From NCBI GenBank assembly GCA_965224245.1, contig OZ245046.1:3040001-3104000 (forward strand): 64,000 nucleotides of DNA, written 5' to 3'. The stretch is from Candidatus Eiseniibacteriota bacterium (GTDB lineage Bacteria; Eisenbacteria; RBG-16-71-46; CAZAMP01). The position numbers were made by a program, and so were the translations under genes. Below, one piece after another: positions 58,119 through 64,000 of this stretch; the first letter of the stretch is position 1, and every line of letters begins with the position of its first letter. Under the pieces are notes generated by a model. The model was not told the DNA's origin. It was given only the letters and a program-made list of their open reading frames with translations, and did not search any database.

Positions 58119-58422
58119 CGTGTTCTCCCGGGTGACGCGCCGGCGATCCGACGTCGATGGCGGTTCGTTTTCGAGATCGTCCGATGATACACCAGCGAGA
58201 CCCGCTCACCGAACTCCCCACCGGAGCCGCTCCGACCGAGCTCCGGGCGATCCGGCCCAGGCCGGGCGGCCCGGTCCGCGTCGCGTCGTGTTGCGCGACG
58301 CGCCGAGGAGCCACCCCGGTTCGGGTCCACGGCCGCAGGGTCGGCGAGGCCCCGGTAGTCGGCACGCGGAGACTCGGATACACTCGTCGGTCGCAACCGT
58401 CGCCTTCTCTAGGACCCACGTC

Positions 58423-60999
58423 ATGATGGATCGTGTCGAGATCCTGGCCAGTCGGATCCGCCGAACGCTCAGTCGAAACCGGTGGCTGTCCGCCCACATC
58501 CACGGCCCCGTTCCCGACAGCGCCGGCGACGAGCCCGGACTGGTGCTGATCCAGGTCGACGGGCTCGGCCACGGCGCCTTCCGGGACGCGCTCCGTCGCG
58601 GCCACATGCCGTTCGTCGCGCACCTGATCGAGGACGAGCAGTACGTCGCGCGCGACCTGTACTCGGGCCTTCCGTCCAGCACACCGGGCGTGCAGGCGGA
58701 GCTGCTGTACGGCGTCCGCACGGCGGTCCCGGCGTTCGCGTACTACGACCGCGAAGAGGATCGCGTCATGCGGCTGGCCGAGGCGTCGGCGGCCCAAACG
58801 CTCGAGGCGCAGTGCGAGGCCCGAGATCGCGGTCTTCTCCACGGCGGTGCCGCGTGGTCGGACATCTTCACCGGGGGAGCGGCGTTCCCGCACCTCTGCG
58901 CGACCACCACCGGGCTGCGCTTCGCGCTCCGGGTCATGGCCCCCGCGCGGGTGGCGGCGCTCGTGCTGTGGCACGGGTGGAGCATCCTCAGAATCCTCGG
59001 CAACCTGGTCATCGAGACGGGTCTGGCCGTGTGGGACGTCGTGAGGGGCACGATGGCCGGCGCGGAGCTGCTCCAGGAGCTCCGCTTCGTGCCCCTCAGG
59101 GTGGCCGTGACCGCCGGGATGCGTGAGATCGTGACCGCGGGCGCGGCCGCGGACACCGAGCGTGGTCTCCCCATCATCCACCTGAACTACCTCGGGTACG
59201 ACGAGCACGCGCACCGGCGGGGACCCGATTCGCGTTTCGCGCGCTGGACCCTCCGCGGCATCGATCGCTCGATTCGGCGCGTGTGGCTCGCGGCTCACCG
59301 GTCCCGGCGTCGGGACTATCACGTGTGGATCTACTCCGACCACGGGCAGGAGGCGACACTGCCCTATCCCACGCGCACCGGCGAGAAGATCGGCGACGCG
59401 GTGACCCGGGCGTACCGCGAGCTACGCGAGATGCCGGTGCTCGAGCCGTCGCGGCGACGCATCGCGCGGGAGCCGATCGGCACGCGGCGATCGGAGTGGC
59501 TCGGCCCGAGGGCCACCGAGTGGATGAGGCCCGGCCGATCCCTCCCCGCGGCTCATCCGGTGGGCGCGGTCGACACACTCGCCGATGCCCGGGAACGCGG
59601 CGACCGCGACGCCCGGGAGGATCCCATCGTCGTGGCCGAGGGACCGGTGGGGTTCGTGTATCTCCAGACCGACGTCGACGTCGCCGACCGGGACCGGCTC
59701 GCGCATCACGTGGCGACGTCGGCCCGGATTCCGATCGTGATGGCCCCCGACGCGATGGGCGGTGCGCACGTCTGGCTGGCGTCGGGGCGACGCCTGTCGC
59801 TGCCGGTGCAGGCCGCCGAGGTCTTCGGACCCGACCATCCGTACCTCGAGGACGTCACCGAGGACATGCTCCGCGTCGTTCACCACGAGAACGCGGGCAC
59901 GCTGACCCTCCTCGGCTGGAACCGCGGGCGGCCCGAGTCGCTCCAGTTCGAGCACGGGGCGCACGGCGGTCCCGGCCCGCGCGAGACCTCGGCGTTCGTG
60001 CTCTTGCCGAGCGAGATCGGAGCACTGGTGGCCGATCGGGCGGTGATCCGTCCCCTCGATCTTCGCGACCTGGCGCGCGGACTCCTGGAGCGATCTCCGG
60101 ACGCGGCCGCCCGCGGCGCGGCGGCGGTGCGAACCCGGGCGTCGGGTGACGCGGGGCCCGACGCCGGGGAGCCGGTGCGTCTGCGGATCGTCACCTACAA
60201 CGTGCACGGCTGTCGCGGCATGGACGGAAAGTACTCCCCGCTTCGCATCGCCAGGGTCATCACGCGGCTCCAGCCGGACATCGTCTGCCTCCAGGAGCTC
60301 GACCAGGTGCGCACGCGATCGGGCGGGATCGATCAGGTTGAGGAGATCGCGCGCCGGCTGCGCGCGGACTACGAGTTCCACGCCGTCGCCGAGGTGGACG
60401 ACGGACGGTTCGGCAACGCGGTTCTGACCGCCCATCCGATGCAGCTGGTCGTGTCCGGACCGCTCCCGCGCATCTCCAGCCGGCTCGCGCTCGAGGACCG
60501 GGGCGCGATCTGGGTGCGGGTGACGGTCCAGGGCCAGGACATCCACGTCATCAACACGCATCTCAGCGTGCACCGGCGCGAGCGGCACCTGCAGTGTGAC
60601 GCGCTCGTCGGCGACGACTGGCTGGGACATCCCGGGCTCGATGGTCCCACGGTGCTCGTGGGGGACTTCAACGCGTCGCCGAACTCGCCAACGGCCCGGC
60701 GACTCGCTCGCCGGCTTCGCAACGTGGAGGACCATCGCGAGGGCGAGGCGGTGCTCGCCACGTGGAGCGGCCGTCTCCCGCTCCGGCGCATCGATCACGT
60801 CTACGTCAGCCGGGAGTTCTCGGTTCACGCCGTTCACGCACCGCAGACCCGCCTCTCGCGCGTGGCGTCGGATCACCTGCCCCTCGTGGCGGACCTGAGC
60901 TGTCGTCGCGTGGCACGCGCGAGCGACTCGGACGAGCGCTTCGGAGCCGATCGGACCGGCGCCGACCCGGCGGTCCATCGGAGCGGCGGAGCCCCTTGA
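58423..60999 (+). CDS. Alkaline-phosphatase-superfamily (NPP-like) + EEP phosphoesterase fusion
   Basis: QVDGLG, PSSTP, YDEHAH, SDHGQ, HGG; then TYNVH, LQE, NTHL, GDFN, IDH, SDHLP. Confidence 0.88.
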   Translation: MMDRVEILASRIRRTLSRNRWLSAHIHGPVPDSAGDEPGLVLIQVDGLGHGAFRDALRRGHMPFVAHLIEDEQYVARDLYSGLPSSTPGVQAELLYGVRTAVPAFAYYDREEDRVMRLAEASAAQTLEAQCEARDRGLLHGGAAWSDIFTGGAAFPHLCATTTGLRFALRVMAPARVAALVLWHGWSILRILGNLVIETGLAVWDVVRGTMAGAELLQELRFVPLRVAVTAGMREIVTAGAAADTERGLPIIHLNYLGYDEHAHRRGPDSRFARWTLRGIDRSIRRVWLAAHRSRRRDYHVWIYSDHGQEATLPYPTRTGEKIGDAVTRAYRELREMPVLEPSRRRIAREPIGTRRSEWLGPRATEWMRPGRSLPAAHPVGAVDTLADARERGDRDAREDPIVVAEGPVGFVYLQTDVDVADRDRLAHHVATSARIPIVMAPDAMGGAHVWLASGRRLSLPVQAAEVFGPDHPYLEDVTEDMLRVVHHENAGTLTLLGWNRGRPESLQFEHGAHGGPGPRETSAFVLLPSEIGALVADRAVIRPLDLRDLARGLLERSPDAAARGAAAVRTRASGDAGPDAGEPVRLRIVTYNVHGCRGMDGKYSPLRIARVITRLQPDIVCLQELDQVRTRSGGIDQVEEIARRLRADYEFHAVAEVDDGRFGNAVLTAHPMQLVVSGPLPRISSRLALEDRGAIWVRVTVQGQDIHVINTHLSVHRRERHLQCDALVGDDWLGHPGLDGPTVLVGDFNASPNSPTARRLARRLRNVEDHREGEAVLATWSGRLPLRRIDHVYVSREFSVHAVHAPQTRLSRVASDHLPLVADLSCRRVARASDSDERFGADRTGADPAVHRSGGAP

Positions 61000-61222
61000 G
61001 GGACGGCGGCGCCACCGGACGTATCCCGGCGATCATGGCGTTCGCCGACGCGGGCTGATCGCGCCCGCTCCCCTCCCCCGCACGTCCGCCCGAGGCTTCA
61101 GTTACACCGTCGGGTGACCGATGGACGGGGTGCATGCCCGGGCGTCGGCCCGTGGCGCCTCGGTGGCGTCGAGCATCTCGACTCGTCGTCGCCACGATTG
61201 GCCCCGGCCCAGGACGGTTTTC

Positions 61223-62242
61223 ATGATCTCGACACGCCTCACCGCGGTCGCGCTCGGTGTGCTCCTCGTCGGCTGCGCGTCGCCCCGCGCCGCGTTCCAG
61301 ATCCGACTTCCCGCCGAGATCGACGTCGGTGACATCGATCGCGTGGCGGTCGCGGAGTTCGACGGACTGCACGACACGGGACGGCTGGTGAGCGCGACGC
61401 TCACCGAAGGCATCGTCGAGGCGGGTCGCTTCCGGATCTTCGAGCGGGAGAAGCTCGAGGAGATCCTGGACGAGCGGGACTTCAGCCACAGCGCGGTCGT
61501 GGATCCGGAGACGGCGAGCGAGCTCCTGCTCGTGGGCGTGGACGCGCTCATCTTCGGGGTCGTCGACGCGTACGGCGTCGACGATCAGACCGGCATCACG
61601 CAGGTGGAGACCGTGGTCTCCACCGGGGAGACCGAGACCGTTGTCGAGGAGGGTGAGGACGGCGAGCTACACGAGGTGACGCGCGACGTCACGAAGACCG
61701 TCTACGTCGACCGCAAGTACGTGCTCCGCGAGGGCACGATGGGCGTGACGTTCCGGATGGCCGACATTCACACCGGGGAGATCGTCGCGATCAAGGCCGA
61801 GACCGCGCACTTCTCGGAGCGTGCCTGGGCCGAAGATCGGCGCTCGCTTCCGGCCAAGGACGTCATCCTCGACCGGCTGGCCCGGGACGTGTGCGGACGC
61901 TTTCTGCGCCAGATCCAGCCGCGGTGGGTCGCCCGTCACGTGGCCTTCGAGAAGAACGACATCCCCGAGACCGAGGTCGGCATCCGGTACGCGCAGAGCG
62001 GGCTGTGGGACGACGCGGGTGACGCGTTCCGGCAGGCGGTCGCGACGCATCCGTCCGAGCCCACGGCCCGGTACAACCTCGGGCTCGCCTGGTACGCCGC
62101 GGGCGACTATCGCGCCGCCGCGGGCGAGATCGAGCACGCGATCGCTCTGGATCCGAAGGACACGTACATCCGGACGCTGGCCCGTGTACGGAGCGACGCG
62201 GCGGAGGTGGGCCGGGAGTGGCGGATGGCCGAGCGACCCTGA
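61223..62242 (+). CDS. CsgG/HfaB-like lipoprotein with C-terminal TPR
   Basis: Lipobox LVGC; VAVAEF, FRIFEREKLEEILDE, GVDALIFG, DIHTGEI; ARYNLG TPR. Confidence 0.75.
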   Translation: MISTRLTAVALGVLLVGCASPRAAFQIRLPAEIDVGDIDRVAVAEFDGLHDTGRLVSATLTEGIVEAGRFRIFEREKLEEILDERDFSHSAVVDPETASELLLVGVDALIFGVVDAYGVDDQTGITQVETVVSTGETETVVEEGEDGELHEVTRDVTKTVYVDRKYVLREGTMGVTFRMADIHTGEIVAIKAETAHFSERAWAEDRRSLPAKDVILDRLARDVCGRFLRQIQPRWVARHVAFEKNDIPETEVGIRYAQSGLWDDAGDAFRQAVATHPSEPTARYNLGLAWYAAGDYRAAAGEIEHAIALDPKDTYIRTLARVRSDAAEVGREWRMAERP

Positions 62243-62272
62243 ACGGGTCTCGGCCGGCGCGTCGGGGTGGCG

Positions 62273-63574
62273 TCAACGCCGCCCCGTGAGCGTCTCCAGG
62301 ATCCGATCGGCCACCCGGCGCGTCTCGTCCGGCGCGGGGCTGCCGAGGGTCGCGTACGCCGACAGCGGCGCATCACCGATTCCGGTACCGCCCGCGAGAT
62401 CGCCCGCGATCTCGTGGTGGGCATCCCGGAGCGGGACCCCGCCACGCACGAGCGCCTCCATCTGGTGCGTGGCCAGGATGTCACCGGACTGCATGCTGTC
62501 GGCGAGACGTTCGGGATCGAACGCGAGCGCCCGCACGAACGCCGCCGCCAGCTCGAGCAGTGCCGCCGACCGCTCGGCGGCGTCCCGCACGGTCGGCTTG
62601 ATGCACTGAAGATCCCGCTGGTATCCGCTGGGAAGTCCCTTCAGGAGCACGATGCCGTGCACGAGCGCGGCGTGCAGCGCCGCGCACTCGCCGCGCATCA
62701 GCTCCATGGCGTCGGGATTGCGCTTGTTCGGCATCATCGACGATCCGGTTCCGAACGCCAGGGGATAGTCGACCCATCCGAAGGGCGTCTGCGCGAACAG
62801 CACCACGTCGGTGGCGAAGCCCTGGAGCCCGAGCGCGGTCTTGCTCGAGGCGTACAGCAGGTCGAGGCACGCATCGCGCGACGTGGTGGCATCCATCGCG
62901 TTCGGCGACGGCCGGCGAAACCCCAGCCGCCGGGCTTGAATCGTCCGATCGATGGGAATCGTCGACCCGGCGACGGCGCCGCTTCCGAGCGGGCACTCCT
63001 CGCGCCAGTCGTCGGTCAGGGCGCGAAGGACGCGTCCCGACCGGGCGAGCGCGGACGCGTGGCGCAGCATCCAGAACCCGACGCTCCCGGGCATCGCGAA
63101 CTGCGAGTGCGTCTGGATCGGAAATGCCAGCTCGCTCCACTCCTTGGCGCGCCCGCACATCGTGCGTACCACGCCGTCGAGGAGATCCGCCAGGTGCTCG
63201 CCGCGGTCGATCGCGTACATGACGAGCAGCGTCGCGACCTGATCGTTGCGGGATCGCGCGGTGTGGATCTTTCGCCCGGCGGCTCCCGCGCGCTCGGTCA
63301 GCGCATGCTCGATCCACGAGTGGATGTCCTCGGCGTCGGACTCGGGGCAGCCTCGCCCCCGGGTCTCCGTTTCGATCGCCGACAGGGCGCCGATCACCGC
63401 GTCGAGCTCACCGTCGTCGTAGATGCCGGCCGCGTGAAGGGTCTCGGCGTGCGCGCGCTGCAGCGCGAGCTCGTGGGGGAGGAGGAACCAGTCCTCCGCG
63501 AGCGAACAATTGAACCGCTCGAACGTCGGATCGCGCGGAACGCCCTCTCGCCACAGTGTCGGTGTCGGCTTCAC
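62273..63574 (-). CDS. argH: Argininosuccinate lyase
   Basis: EDIH, IHTARSRNDQV, TH.Q, PLGSGA, GSSMMPNKRNPD, SGYQRDLQ, RDAH; GTG start 63574. Confidence 0.9.
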   Translation of the reverse strand: MKPTPTLWREGVPRDPTFERFNCSLAEDWFLLPHELALQRAHAETLHAAGIYDDGELDAVIGALSAIETETRGRGCPESDAEDIHSWIEHALTERAGAAGRKIHTARSRNDQVATLLVMYAIDRGEHLADLLDGVVRTMCGRAKEWSELAFPIQTHSQFAMPGSVGFWMLRHASALARSGRVLRALTDDWREECPLGSGAVAGSTIPIDRTIQARRLGFRRPSPNAMDATTSRDACLDLLYASSKTALGLQGFATDVVLFAQTPFGWVDYPLAFGTGSSMMPNKRNPDAMELMRGECAALHAALVHGIVLLKGLPSGYQRDLQCIKPTVRDAAERSAALLELAAAFVRALAFDPERLADSMQSGDILATHQMEALVRGGVPLRDAHHEIAGDLAGGTGIGDAPLSAYATLGSPAPDETRRVADRILETLTGRR

Positions 63575-63634
63575 GTGGACTCCCCGGAGTTCGTCGGATC
63601 GGGCGCGCGGCTCGTCACCCGCGCGCTCAGCGGC

Positions 63635-63663
63635 ATTATGTTGGGGGGCTCGGGACCGGTCAA
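63635..63663 (-). promoter_or_regulatory. sigma70 promoter for argH
   Basis: TTGACC-17nt-CATAAT about 60 bp upstream of the start. Confidence 0.62.
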
Positions 63664-63837
63664 CGCTCGAAGCTCGGGCGAAGGACGTCCGCCCGCCGCC
63701 GGCGCTGACCCCCGTGCGGAGTCGCGACGCGGCATCATGAGCGCCGAGCACGTCGGCCGTGCGATCCACGACGAATCCGACCCTCGGCGCATTCGTCCCG
63801 CGACGATCAGAACATGGCTCGTGAACGTCGTTCGCAA

Positions 63838-63866
63838 TTGTCGTGGTCGAGCCGCGGACGTACCCT
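63838..63866 (+). promoter_or_regulatory. Putative promoter for a leaderless ADH transcript
   Basis: TTGTCG-17nt-TACCCT, 7 nt before ATG 63874. Confidence 0.45.
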
Positions 63867-63873
63867 CCGCGCC

Positions 63874-64000
63874 ATGCGTGCCATGGTTTTGGAATCGGCC
63901 GGCACACCGCTCCGGCCCCGTCGGATCGACGCCCCGCGCCCCGCCGCCGGACAGGTCGAGATCGCGGTCGAGGCATGTGGGATCTGCCGGACCGATCTCC
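63874..64000 (+). CDS. Zn-dependent alcohol dehydrogenase family, 5' partial
   Basis: Manual translation MRAMVLESAGTPLRPRRIDAPRPAAGQVEIAVEACGICRTDL; contains the catalytic-Zn Cys motif. Confidence 0.85.
   Translation, partial: MRAMVLESAGTPLRPRRIDAPRPAAGQVEIAVEACGICRTDL

Noticed and set aside
63571-63837. Arg-containing leader peptide upstream of argH
   Set aside because: A good sigma70 promoter lies inside it, and the Arg content is what high GC predicts.

Overview
High-GC bacterial chromosomal window with about 50 genes and one tRNA-Val(TAC). I found no integrase, transposase, phage genes or CRISPR array. The secreted proteins end in FlgD-Ig/T9SS-like tails or a 'TPVQNASWSAIKSLY' tail, which suggests an FCB-associated candidate lineage such as Eisenbacteria, Krumholzibacteriota or Latescibacterota (inference). 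In order: partial secreted protein (possibly peptidase C25), UbiA prenyltransferase plus membrane partner, three tandem parvulin chaperones, a cohesin-like/dockerin-like secreted pair, tRNA-Val, and the minus-strand housekeeping operon yggS-divIVA-PNP-lspA-rluD-STAS-RsbW-ruvX-mltG-larE-DUF3098. Next come an ABC-2 exporter, an exported TPR-CHAT protease, two ZIP transporters, an acs-ACP-kbl cluster followed by a divergent MetX-homoserine dehydrogenase fusion, and an atypical-composition patch of intact, internally deleted and frameshifted secreted-protein genes. The rest holds a K+ channel, glutaryl-CoA dehydrogenase, MATE-like and DASS transporters, feoAB, a Ser/Thr kinase-TPR, a CHAP amidase, a fused 2-oxoacid:ferredoxin oxidoreductase + unknown Rossmann protein + ADP-forming acyl-CoA synthetase operon, a pentaheme cytochrome-TPR/CRTAC1 pair, an AP-EEP fusion, a CsgG-like lipoprotein, argH and a partial Zn-ADH. 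The best candidates for undescribed systems are acs-ACP-kbl(-metX/hom), the OFOR-unknown-ACD operon and the cohesin/dockerin/parvulin locus. All calls come from motif recognition by eye; no searches were run.
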